Below, one piece after another: positions 28,379-38,207 of a stretch of DNA of 64,000 bases. Origin of the DNA: an uncultured Armatimonadia bacterium (lineage in GTDB: Bacteria; Armatimonadota; Zipacnadia; CAVVLO01). Location: NCBI GenBank assembly GCA_963749155.1, contig CAVVLO010000002.1, positions 1,504,001 through 1,568,000 on the forward strand, read 5' to 3'. The notes under the pieces were generated by a model. The model was not told the DNA's origin and made no database searches. It was given only the letters and a program-made list of their open reading frames with translations. Each line of letters starts with the position of its first letter. Positions within the stretch are counted from its first letter, which is position 1. Made by a program: the position numbers and the translations under genes.

Positions 28379-30905
28379 ATGAAACTCATCCTGCTGCTTG
28401 CCGTGACGCTCTGGCTCACGGCTTCTCTTGCTCACGCTGATAATCTGCCTAGTAAAGGGAGACTTTTCTGCTGCAGGGCAAGAAGGTGGCTTGCCCGACG
28501 CCTGGCAGTTCACGATTGGCAACCAGGCTGATGCCACAGCGACCCTCACTACTGATCCCGCAAGGCCTGAGCTTGGTTGTGTCAAGCTGACGAACACCAC
28601 AGCTTTTGCGCCTCACACTTATGGCACTTTCTACTCAGCCGAGACCCCTGTGAAACCTGACACCGACTACTGCCTGTCGCTGTGGGCCAGGGGTGAGGCC
28701 ACCAGCGCGTGCTGGTTTGGCGGCGGGTATGAATGGCTGTGCAGGAAGGGCATGCCAACGGGTGACTTCGGCTGGGAGCGATATTCTGTCTTCTATCATA
28801 CGCGGCCCGACGAGACGATTTTTACCTTCCGCATCAACGTGGATGGGCCGACGAAGGCCCTCTACATCGCCCAGGCTCAGCTTGTTGAAGGCCTGGCGCA
28901 TGAGCCGCCGACCAATCCCGATTTGCTGGAAGCTCTAGCCGAGGCGGCTCTCGAGCGCGGCAACCTGCTGGCTAATGGGGGTTTCGAGCAGAAGCAGGGC
29001 CAGACCGAGCTACCTGCGAGCTGGAACTTCTGGCCAGGTGGCGAAGCCCAGGCTGAGGCGATACTGGAAGGGGGAGAGGCTTTCACCGGATTTCGCTGTG
29101 TCAGGCTCACCAACGCCTCGGAATACTACCCCAACCGGTTCGGCGGTTTTTCGGCCAAAAACGTCCCCGTTAAGCCTGACACTGATTATTGTCTTTCACT
29201 GGTCGCCAAGGGTCAGAAGACAAGCGCCTGCTGGTTTGGCGGAGGCGAAGGCTGGAGCTGCCGGTATGCGCTCCCAGAGGGCGATTTCGACTGGCAGCAA
29301 TTTACGATTACCTACCACACGGGGCCGGATGAGAAGACCTTCGGCTTTCGAGTGAATGTAGATGGCCCAACCGGGGCACTTTGGGTGGATGAGGCCCAGC
29401 TTGTCGAGGGAACGCAATCACTGCCTGGGGTCTATTCTCCTTCTCCGGGAGCGGTGGAAGTGCCGACCAGCCTCTTGCTGCGTAAAGAACCTCTAATTGT
29501 GACCGCTCTTGTTGGGGCCGAGGCTGCGCGCGAGCAGATTTTATCCTGGCAACTCCTGGACGCTGAAGGCAGGCCGAGTTACCACGGGCAGATCCCTGTC
29601 ACCTTTGAGGCAGAGGGCATAACAGTGAAGCAGGTAGAACTCGGACTTTTCGAGCCCGGCTATTATCTCGTGAAGGCGCAACTGGCAGAGGGAGTGGAAT
29701 ATTCGGCCAGCCTGGTCATCGTCCCGCGCGAGCAGCTTGCCCCCACGCTGGATGAAGCCTCACCTTTCGGCGTCAATCCGCATGGCTTTGGCAACGAAGC
29801 ATATGCCAGGCCTATGCAGTATCTGGGCGCAGGCGTGGTGCGCGGCGATTATCTGGAATGGCGCGGGGTGGAGCCTGAGCAAGGCAAGTTCGACTGGAGT
29901 TCTCCAGAGCGCGAGCTTCAACTCGCGAATCGGGCCGGCGCTCATCTGCTGGGGCTGCTTACCTATGTGCCAGTCTGGGCCAGCAGCAAGCCGGATAGTG
30001 AAGATCCAACTCACGAGGTGCCCCGCGATGTGACCGAATGGGCCGACTTCGTGCGGGCAGCGGTTTCCGCCTTTGACGGCCGGATGCCCTGGTTCGAGTT
30101 ATACAACGAACCTAATATCGGCTTCTTCAAAGGCACCGTCGATCAATTCTGGCCCCTGCTGAGGGAAGGTTATACAGCCGCCAAGCAGGTCGCGCCCGAT
30201 ACCCCAGTCGTCTTCCCAGGCGCCGCAGGGGTGCCACTGGACTGGATAGAGGCGCTCTACAAGCTGGGCGCGGCGGACTACTTCGATATTATGAACGTCC
30301 ACCCCTATCGTCACCCGAGCGCGCCTGAAGCTACCCCTTCCTTGCCAGAGGTTATCGCTAATCTGCGAGCCTTGATGGAGCGTTATGGCGACGGCGACAA
30401 GCCCATCTGGATGACCGAAGTCGGCTACTACAAGCAGGCAGCGGAAGAAGTCCACACCATTCCGGCAACCCCTGAGGCGCTTGATGCTTGTTATCTGGTG
30501 CGCACCTATGTGCTGGCGCTTTCTGCAGGGGTCAGTAAAGTGTTCTGGTACGAGTACCGGGGCGATTCCTTCGGCCTTATGAGGTCGGATGGATCACCCA
30601 GGCCTGCCTTCGGAGCTTACGCGACAATGACCTGGCTGCTCGAAGGCAAGTCCTATGTCGGAAAACTGGCATCACCAGAAGGGCTCGAACTTCGCGTCTT
30701 TGCGAGCGGGGAGGAAGCGATTGTCGTAGCCTGGGCGCCGAAGGAAGCGGTGGACTATCTGTTGGACTTCACTCCTGTCGAGGCGTGGACTCTTTATGGG
30801 GCGGCGCTGGCCTTGCCAGCCCAGGGAGAACCAATACAACTGGACGGGGCGCCAGTCTATCTCAAGTGCAAACTGGCCGATGTGACAAGCCTTCTGCTGA
30901 AGTAA
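28379..30905 (+). CDS. Secreted clan-A glycoside hydrolase (GH39/GH5-like) with two CBM4/9-like modules (+1 indel near 28448)
   Basis: MKLILLLAV signal peptide; duplicated VKPDTDYCLSL...ACWFGGG...FRxNVDGPT modules; YNEPN, NVHPY and IWMTEVG. Confidence 0.85.
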
Positions 30906-30931
30906 GAAGCTTGCCAAATCCCTCGAAAGAG

Positions 30932-30967
30932 AACGGCGCGGTCCGAAGACCGCGCCGCTTCTACTTT
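30932..30967. terminator. Terminator hairpin between converging genes
   Basis: CGGCGCGGTC-CGAA-GACCGCGCCG. Confidence 0.65.
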
Positions 30968-30989
30968 GGAGAGTCCAGGGGGTGAGTAT

Positions 30990-32264
30990 TTAGGTGCCAG
31001 CCAGCGTCTTGCCGCCAGCGTGACCCCATTGGGCTATATGTCCCTTGTCAATTGTCTCGGTAGCGCCCTTGGGCACGGCGATAAAGATGTAGTTGCCTGT
31101 ACCCCTTGTGAAGGTAAGCGTGGCAAAGGAAGGCATATTGTACATTGCCATTGCTCCGACCACCGCTGCCTGCGCGCCGGTATCCGCGTTGAGCGCATAG
31201 ATCTTGCAGGTGGTGCTGTAGAAATACGGCAACGGTTGGGCCAGGGTATAACTCACGCTGGCGCCCATCGAGGTCCAGGTTGGCGTCATCGAAGAGGGAT
31301 ACGACACCCCATAGTTCCAACAATGGAAGTTCTTCTCTTTACCTATCCACCTGAGTTCTATCTGGAAAGCATAGAAGCCCTTGGCTAACTGCCCGGCTGT
31401 GCCATAGTTTCCATCGAAGGTGTAGGTGTAAGTGCCATCTCCCTCAGTCGACATCCATAAGCCAATCTCGTCAGAAGTGTAGCCGGGAGACGTAAAGGGC
31501 GGCGGATATGCGGTGACGGGATAAGCCCACAGTGCGACATAAGCGCCATCAACGATGCTGGAAGGCAGGTCGGGCCCGTCGATTGTTACACTGAAATCGA
31601 CCGAGTCGTTGTTGGGGTCGGCTGGATCAAAATAGAAGAACGACGGCCACTGCTGGGCGACGGTCTTCGCGTCAGTGATAATGGGATCACAGCCGATATA
31701 GTCTTCATAGTAGGTGAAGTTTTGTGGCAGCCACGGCCCCATATCCTGCAGAGTATAGGTAAACGTGAAGCGCCAGGGGCCTCTGTGATAATCACTGGAG
31801 GGGAACGAATACGTGCGCCGGACGTGACGATCGTTCATCGCGACCCAGGGCGCTGTAGTGTAGCTGATATTCTGACCAGTGTGATTGGCAATCTCTTTGC
31901 AGTTGAGCACGCAGTTGGACATTGCCATCTGTGGCCAGGCGCCCCAGTCGACGTCAACCCGGACATAAGGGTCGAAGCAGGACTTGTTGTCCAGAGGATC
32001 AACGAAGGTCAGGACATCGCCATAGAGGATCATATCGTTAGGATCCTGGGCCAGGAGGATACCTTTCCAAAGACTGATATTTGTCTCCACCGAATCGTAG
32101 CGCGGGGCATCGCCTGTACCATCGCCATCATCATCGCCCGGAATGGGTGGTGGGGCCATATTTGTTGGTGGTGGTGGCGGAGGTACCTGGGCCCAGGCAC
32201 CAGCGCAGATAAACACGAAAAGCGCCAGTATCACAAGCAGAATAACAAATCCCTGAAGTCTCAC
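30990..32264 (-). CDS. Secreted hypothetical protein with Pro-rich N-terminus and FlgD-Ig-like segment
   Basis: AAGGAGG RBS and GTG start; signal peptide ending AWA|Q; PPPPPP; GTYTYTFDG...GQLAKGFY. Confidence 0.65.
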   Translation of the reverse strand: MRLQGFVILLVILALFVFICAGAWAQVPPPPPPTNMAPPPIPGDDDGDGTGDAPRYDSVETNISLWKGILLAQDPNDMILYGDVLTFVDPLDNKSCFDPYVRVDVDWGAWPQMAMSNCVLNCKEIANHTGQNISYTTAPWVAMNDRHVRRTYSFPSSDYHRGPWRFTFTYTLQDMGPWLPQNFTYYEDYIGCDPIITDAKTVAQQWPSFFYFDPADPNNDSVDFSVTIDGPDLPSSIVDGAYVALWAYPVTAYPPPFTSPGYTSDEIGLWMSTEGDGTYTYTFDGNYGTAGQLAKGFYAFQIELRWIGKEKNFHCWNYGVSYPSSMTPTWTSMGASVSYTLAQPLPYFYSTTCKIYALNADTGAQAAVVGAMAMYNMPSFATLTFTRGTGNYIFIAVPKGATETIDKGHIAQWGHAGGKTLAGT

Positions 32265-32640
32265 TTTTGGTTCCTCCTTGAAAAGCCCGGACAGCCAACT
32301 TGTTGTAGTGACTTTTTCAAAAGCCAACAAACCTTGCCGTCAAGCCCACCGGCGCTTTGCGCCCCTTTTAGCAATTTTCAATATACCACTCCGGCAAGAG
32401 CCTTCCGGAGAGTTGCACGATAATTGAACAGAATTTTATCCTTTGTGACCTCAAATATATCGATTTGTGACCACCAAAAGGCCCCTTCTTAAGGCACAAA
32501 CGGCGTTGTTACGGGGATTGCACGCCTTGGAAACGCTTGGAAGCCGAAAAGGCAGAAAAAGGCAGTGAAAAACGACTTGTCCGACAAGGCTACAACCGGC
32601 CTGGCAAGGCCAGGCTAAGTATTTAGAATATCCAATTGTC

Positions 32641-32675
32641 AAAGAAAAGCCCCCGCCAAAAGACGAGGGCTTTTC
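32641..32675 (-). terminator. Intrinsic terminator downstream of the GH38 gene
   Basis: GAAAAGCCC...GGGCTTTTC stem with a U-tract on the minus strand. Confidence 0.65.
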
Positions 32676-32701
32676 GTGTCATATTCTGCTAACGAAACAG
32701 G

Positions 32702-35302
32702 CTAGCAAGTTAGCCGCAAGGTCACAATTTGCTTCGGTCCCGCGTTCAGAGTGACTGTTTTCCCGGTTATCGCCAGGTCTTCGCCAGGGGTCTCATCAAG
32801 AGCAGCAAGCCTCACTGTAGAAAAGTCCTTGCCAAGTCCCAGGCTGGTTTGAACGGCCGTGGGCAGGGGATTGAATAGGCGCACAACAAGATCGCCGCTA
32901 CCATCTTCGGCCTGCTTGACTGCCGTGAGCAGCAGAGGGCAAGGCTCCAGCTCGAGCCAACTCTTGCTGGAAGGACTAGTGCCCGCACCCTGGGCCGTGT
33001 GAAGAGCAAGAGGCGGCGCCAGGAAGGCATCGGCTTCGGCTGCAGTGGGAGTCCAGTCACCAGAGAAAGGCAACAACGAGTATTCGAACTCATAGTCGCC
33101 GATACATTGACCGCCCTCGTCCAGGATCTCGCCTTCGCCTGCGGCGCCCAGCCGGGCGAGGGCGCCGGTACAGCGCAGTAGCGTTATCGCCAGAGAGCGC
33201 CCCGCGTCATCGTAGAGTTCGTATTCACAGAGACCCTTGCTTGCCACCATAAGGCCGCGCACCCCATCTGTGGCCGCGCACCAGCCATACTGGGCGCGCG
33301 AGGGGTCGGAGGGTATCCTGCCCCACTCCGGAGGATTGCCGATTGGGCGGGTCACGACATCATACTGGCCGAGAGCGAAGCTCTCCTCGGTCGCGGCGCC
33401 CGTGCGGAAACAGGCGCGCAGCCTGTGGTCGCGCGCCCGGTTGTCGATGAAAGTGCGCACATCGACGCGCGGCAGCCCTGAGTAAAGAGAGACTTCGCAG
33501 CGGACAGGACAAACAATTGTCAATTCATCGCGCGACTCTACATTGGAAGTCCTTGGCAACTCCAGGTCATATTCCAGGCAGTAAGTCACCGAAGCAGGGC
33601 CCGAGGCTACCAGGCTCAGGCGCTTGCAGGCGACGCGAGAGTCCACCAGAGTGTCTTTCCGGGGGGCGCGATACTGGTACTCGTCGCCGAAATCGCCCCC
33701 GTCAATCAACACATTGAGGTCAGGATAGACCTCTCCGCTTGCCTTGTCGGTGATGGTTAGAGTGCCGTCCTGGGCAAGTTGGAGCTGCAAGAACTCGTTT
33801 TCGGCCTTTAGTCCATCTACCAAAAGGAGCCGCTCTTTACGACAGCTTTCGTTTACAGGGCGGACGCAGAAGCTGGAATAGCCAAGCGCAGGCAGGTCGG
33901 CGAGGAAGCTGATCTGATATTTTTTGGTCGGATAACGGCGAGGCAGCTCAATCGGGTTGTGGACTACCTTAAGCGCATCTTCAACCTTATTAACAGTGTA
34001 AGGCACTAGCGCGCCAGTCGAATCGAGCAGCTCGAACTCCAGCTTGCCAGTCGCCTTCACGAGTTCGAGTTCGGCGGTAACCAGCGCCTTCCGGGCAAAG
34101 GCCGAGGGATTGAAGACCAGCAACTGGGAATCGCCTTCCACCGCAAAGTCGGATTTCACCTGGGTGGCCAGATAGGTGAGGGACCGGTCGTTCATCATCT
34201 CGGCGACCTGCCTGGTATGCCTGAACCTGGGGAACATATCGGCGTGAGTCTCCTCCACCGAGCAGCCACAGATCGAATCGTGGGGATGATTCTTGAGTAA
34301 GGTCTTCCAGGCATAAAGCAGATAATCGTCATCGTAGGCGAAGTTCTTATCACTGATGAAGCTTGCCAGAGGTTCGGTATAGCGAGTCAGCAACAGTTCA
34401 TCTTCGAAGTTGCGCTGCTTCAAGTCTACCCAACTGGAAAGAGTGCCCACCAGGCAGGCGCCGCCCCAGTCTTCGCGCAGTTCGCCTTCCCACACCTCAA
34501 GGTCTGCTGGGGCTTCCTGTTTCACCGCGGCGATGAAATCGGGCAAAGTCGAGTGGACGATGGTGTCTGGTTTCAAGGCCTCGGATAGCTCTGCAAGGAT
34601 AGGTGAAAGATTTTCTTGCGCTTCCAGGTGGTCTACGCCATTCATAAAAAGCAGTTGGCTGGTAGCCACACAACCTGCGAGCTGGTTGCGCGCGCGCTGG
34701 GCATAGGCGAGGGCTTCCTCGGGTGGCTCAGGGAAACGCTGGGCATTGTTGTACCAGAAGGCCATATGGACTGACAGCACCTGGCTGCCGTCTGGGCCCT
34801 TCCACTGGAACTCGCAGGTGCGGCCTGGCCGATTTGCCCTGCCACGCCCGAAGATAACATTGTCGATACCGAAGCCCCGGAATATTTGAGGCATCTGGCC
34901 GATATTGCCGAACTGGTCAGGCAGATAACCGATCATCATCCGGCTGCCATAATCTTCGCAGATGCGCTTGCCGACCAGCAGATTGCGGACGCTGGACTCG
35001 CCACAAGTCAAATAAAGGTCGTTGAGCAGGTACCAGGGGCCTATCAATAACCTGCCATCCTCTATAAACTTGCGGACACGAGCCGCGGCATGGGGCCGGA
35101 CTTCCAGATAATCTTCAAGCACGATGGTCTGGCCGTCCAGATGAAAGTATTTGAAATTCGGGTCGGTCTCGAGAAGCTCGAGCAGGTGATCCATCAAATC
35201 AACCAGCCGCATACGAAATTTTTCGAAGGGCAGGTACCATTCGCGATCCCAATGGGTATGAGAGATAACGTGCATTGTGTAAGTACGTTCTGAGGTTGCC
35301 AT
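32702..35302 (-). CDS. GH38 alpha-mannosidase (MngB-like)
   Basis: SHTHWDREWY, HLDGQT, GYLPDQFG, MNGVDH, HPHDSICGCS and DHRLR. Confidence 0.95.
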   Translation of the reverse strand: MATSERTYTMHVISHTHWDREWYLPFEKFRMRLVDLMDHLLELLETDPNFKYFHLDGQTIVLEDYLEVRPHAAARVRKFIEDGRLLIGPWYLLNDLYLTCGESSVRNLLVGKRICEDYGSRMMIGYLPDQFGNIGQMPQIFRGFGIDNVIFGRGRANRPGRTCEFQWKGPDGSQVLSVHMAFWYNNAQRFPEPPEEALAYAQRARNQLAGCVATSQLLFMNGVDHLEAQENLSPILAELSEALKPDTIVHSTLPDFIAAVKQEAPADLEVWEGELREDWGGACLVGTLSSWVDLKQRNFEDELLLTRYTEPLASFISDKNFAYDDDYLLYAWKTLLKNHPHDSICGCSVEETHADMFPRFRHTRQVAEMMNDRSLTYLATQVKSDFAVEGDSQLLVFNPSAFARKALVTAELELVKATGKLEFELLDSTGALVPYTVNKVEDALKVVHNPIELPRRYPTKKYQISFLADLPALGYSSFCVRPVNESCRKERLLLVDGLKAENEFLQLQLAQDGTLTITDKASGEVYPDLNVLIDGGDFGDEYQYRAPRKDTLVDSRVACKRLSLVASGPASVTYCLEYDLELPRTSNVESRDELTIVCPVRCEVSLYSGLPRVDVRTFIDNRARDHRLRACFRTGAATEESFALGQYDVVTRPIGNPPEWGRIPSDPSRAQYGWCAATDGVRGLMVASKGLCEYELYDDAGRSLAITLLRCTGALARLGAAGEGEILDEGGQCIGDYEFEYSLLPFSGDWTPTAAEADAFLAPPLALHTAQGAGTSPSSKSWLELEPCPLLLTAVKQAEDGSGDLVVRLFNPLPTAVQTSLGLGKDFSTVRLAALDETPGEDLAITGKTVTLNAGPKQIVTLRLTC

Positions 35303-35331
35303 TTTCAATCTCCTCCTGTTGTGGAGGGGAG

Positions 35332-35403
35332 ATTCGCGCGTGAAAGAGGGTATCCTTCCTTTTGTTCGAAGCTAGTGGAGGAAGTTGGAGGAGGGTGGCG
35401 AAT
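35332..35403. promoter_or_regulatory. Back-to-back SigH-like promoters for the GH38 gene (minus) and the RidA gene (plus)
   Basis: Minus strand GAAGGA-N16-CGAAT (35358-35332); plus strand GGAGGA-N16-CGAAT (35377-35403). Confidence 0.6.
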
Positions 35404-35468
35404 CCTTCTTGGACGACAACCCAGCAGCAGTGTTGGATTGGCGTCGGCAGGCAGTTGGAGGAGTAAAG

Positions 35469-35888
35469 ATGGGCGCTTTCGATAAGGAAGTACTTTTCGC
35501 TCGTGGAGCCAGTCCGGACCTGCCTTATGCGCCGGCAGTGGCTTCAGGGCCGTTTGTGTTTTCCTCTGGCCAGATCGGAAAAAATGTGGAAACTGGCGAG
35601 ATGGCGCCCGATTTCGCCACTCAGGCGCGTCAAGCGCTGGAAAATCTGCGCGAACTTATGGCGCGCTCGCACGTATTGCAGGATAATATACTTAAGGTGA
35701 CTGTCTACCTGGTAAATGAGGAAGACTACGCCAAGCTGAACGAGTTATTCGTGGAGTTCTTCCCGAGGAAGAAACCCGCGCGAACTACCGTGGTAGTAAA
35801 GGCCCTGCCCTTTGGGGCCTTGATAGAGGTTGAGGCAATGGGCACTCGTATTTACGAGCCCCCCTCGACCGGAAGCTATGTAACGTAG
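35469..35888 (+). CDS. RidA family protein
   Basis: PYAPAV, VFSSGQIG, QALENL, KVTVYL and PARTTVVVKALPFGALIEVE. Confidence 0.92.
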   Translation: MGAFDKEVLFARGASPDLPYAPAVASGPFVFSSGQIGKNVETGEMAPDFATQARQALENLRELMARSHVLQDNILKVTVYLVNEEDYAKLNELFVEFFPRKKPARTTVVVKALPFGALIEVEAMGTRIYEPPSTGSYVT

Positions 35889-35900
35889 GCGTTCTTCAAG

Positions 35901-35930
35901 TTGACACCCGTTTTTAGGCCGTCGTATAAT
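35901..35930 (+). promoter_or_regulatory. Consensus sigma70 promoter for the TPR/PQQ/LapA operon
   Basis: TTGACA-18 nt-TATAAT. Confidence 0.75.
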
Positions 35931-36035
35931 GCCAGCGGGCGCGTACCGGCGGGGAAATATCTCGGCGGGCATCGTCTTGTGGGACAAGTGAAGAGACCTA
36001 TCCGTACGGCGGAATTTCACGGCACAGGGGGACTC

Positions 36036-38150
36036 GTGGTGAAAAACGACCGCAGGGGTTCATTATTGCTTGTCACCTGCCTTCTGCTGGGCGTAATGGT
36101 GGGCATCCTGGCTTATCCGCAGGTCACCTCGCCCTCCTGGCAGAATGCGCTTGAGGCTGTCGCTGATCGCGACTGGCAGGATGCAGTGGACCAACTGAAG
36201 CAAGTACAGCAGCAGTACCCGGACTTTGCCCCCGCCAGTTATTTCCTCGGCAGGGCTTATATGGGGCTCGAGCGCTATACCGAAGCGGTGGACGCTTTCG
36301 ATAAAGCGCTTGGCATAGCGCCGCTTGCCGCCGATATCAATTTCTACAAGGGCCAGGCCCTCGTAGAAAGAGGCGACATACTCAGCGCGATGGGCAGTCT
36401 CAATGATGAGCTGGCCGTCCGCAGGGGCGCGCGCTGGCCCGAGGTGCTCATCGAACTGGCTGAGGCCAATATGATGACTGGCCGCCTCGACAACGCCCGC
36501 TCGTTGCTCGAGCAGGTCATCAGCATGGAGCCCAGGATGCCAAGAGGCCACTACGACCTCGGGCTTATCTACCTGGCCACCGGGAAAGCCAGACGGGCAC
36601 TTGAGTCGCTCGGTGAGGCCCTCTCGCTGATGAATGAGTATGACCGCTCAAATCGCGTTCGCGACGAACAGCGCAACCCGATGGGCGTCACCGCAGTCAG
36701 GCGCAACCAGGTTGTGGCTGAAGCCGAGTTGCTGCGTATCATCCGCGATGAGGATTTCGTCCAGAAGTATTCCTGGGCTATCTCCTTCGAGCAGGAGGGC
36801 TACTGGCCTTATCTTTATGAGGCTGTGGGCCGCGCTCAGACCGCTATTGGCGAGTACAGTGAGGCTCGCACTACTCTCAGGAAACTGCTGCGCGGTGACC
36901 TGCGAGATCATGCGCCTTACACCGTGTTTGTATATCCCAACCATTCTCCCCTGGTTCACAATATGATAGGTGTCGCTTTCCTCGAAGATGAGAAAGCTCG
37001 CCTGGCCAAGGGATTGCGCGTTGAATACATCGTGCTCGAAGGGCCCAAAGATCCCTATACGACCGATCCCCTGACTGGCGAACGCGTCAAGCGCCCGCCC
37101 AGTTCGGCGAAAGAAGAATTCGAGCTTGCCATCAAGCAGTCGCCAACTTACGCCGAGCCTTATGTCAACCTGGGTCGGATGTACGAGTTCTACGTGGACA
37201 GCTGGAGCGATCCCCAGAAGGCTCCGCCTTATGATTACGAAGACGCCATCGAGCAGTACGAGCAGGCCTTGAAGTACAAGCCTGACTACCAGCCTGCCCT
37301 TGCCCAGCTTGGTTCCTGTTATTTCAAGCAGGGTAAATACAATCAGGCGATGGCTTACCTGCAGGACGCGCTCAAGTTGGATGCGACCGACCCCATCGTA
37401 CACAAGTATCTGGGTATGACGAAGCTCTCCCAGGTGCCTGACCAGGCCGCTGACGTGAATTCGGTAGTGGCGCAGACGAAGGACGCCATCGCTTCCCTCG
37501 AGCATTCGCTGGCGCTGGATGCAAATCAGGCTGATTTGCACAATGCGCTGGGTCGCGCTTACGAGCGGCTCGGAGCGGTCACCGGGGACGAGGCGCTTTC
37601 TTACCAGGCGATGGCTTCTTATCAGGACGCCATTAACCTCAATCCGCGTCTGGTGGCAGCCTATATAAATCTGGGCCGTGCCCGCCTTACCAGAGAGTGG
37701 ACTCGGGCTGGGGCGCCGCTGCAGCAAGCGTTGAACATTCTGCCCGAGAGCGATGCGCCTTCGGTCAAGCGCCAGAGAGCCGAGTTGCACTATCTGCTTG
37801 GCGAAGTGGCTGTGCGTCAAGGGCGCAAGGCGGATGCGGAGACAGAGTTCAAGAAGTCGCTCGCATTGAAGGCAGATCTGGTGCCGGCTCAGCTTGCGCT
37901 GGCCAGTGTATATGTGGTCAGCAACAAGCCACTGGCTGCTGAAGAAGCTTACAAGCAGGCTTTGGATATTGCTTCGGATACGCTCGATCTGGCAAACGTG
38001 CATTTCTTGTATGGCAAGTTCCTGGAATCACCGGACCACAGGCGGCCTTTCGACGCCATAGCCGAGTATTCGGCCGCCTTGTCACTTGATCCGTCGAACG
38101 AGCAGGCGAAGCAGGCGCTCGACCAGTTGCTGGCTTCCACAGGAAGCTAG
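36036..38150 (+). CDS. Membrane-anchored tetratricopeptide repeat protein
   Basis: N-terminal TM followed by many TPRs (YFLGRAY, HYDLGLIY, YVNLG, HNALG, HYLLG). Confidence 0.88.
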   Translation: MVKNDRRGSLLLVTCLLLGVMVGILAYPQVTSPSWQNALEAVADRDWQDAVDQLKQVQQQYPDFAPASYFLGRAYMGLERYTEAVDAFDKALGIAPLAADINFYKGQALVERGDILSAMGSLNDELAVRRGARWPEVLIELAEANMMTGRLDNARSLLEQVISMEPRMPRGHYDLGLIYLATGKARRALESLGEALSLMNEYDRSNRVRDEQRNPMGVTAVRRNQVVAEAELLRIIRDEDFVQKYSWAISFEQEGYWPYLYEAVGRAQTAIGEYSEARTTLRKLLRGDLRDHAPYTVFVYPNHSPLVHNMIGVAFLEDEKARLAKGLRVEYIVLEGPKDPYTTDPLTGERVKRPPSSAKEEFELAIKQSPTYAEPYVNLGRMYEFYVDSWSDPQKAPPYDYEDAIEQYEQALKYKPDYQPALAQLGSCYFKQGKYNQAMAYLQDALKLDATDPIVHKYLGMTKLSQVPDQAADVNSVVAQTKDAIASLEHSLALDANQADLHNALGRAYERLGAVTGDEALSYQAMASYQDAINLNPRLVAAYINLGRARLTREWTRAGAPLQQALNILPESDAPSVKRQRAELHYLLGEVAVRQGRKADAETEFKKSLALKADLVPAQLALASVYVVSNKPLAAEEAYKQALDIASDTLDLANVHFLYGKFLESPDHRRPFDAIAEYSAALSLDPSNEQAKQALDQLLASTGS

Positions 38151-38207
38151 CCGAGGCAGACTGTCACTGCTTTCAGGGTCCGTATGGGCCCCTATGAGGT
38201 GAAGAGG

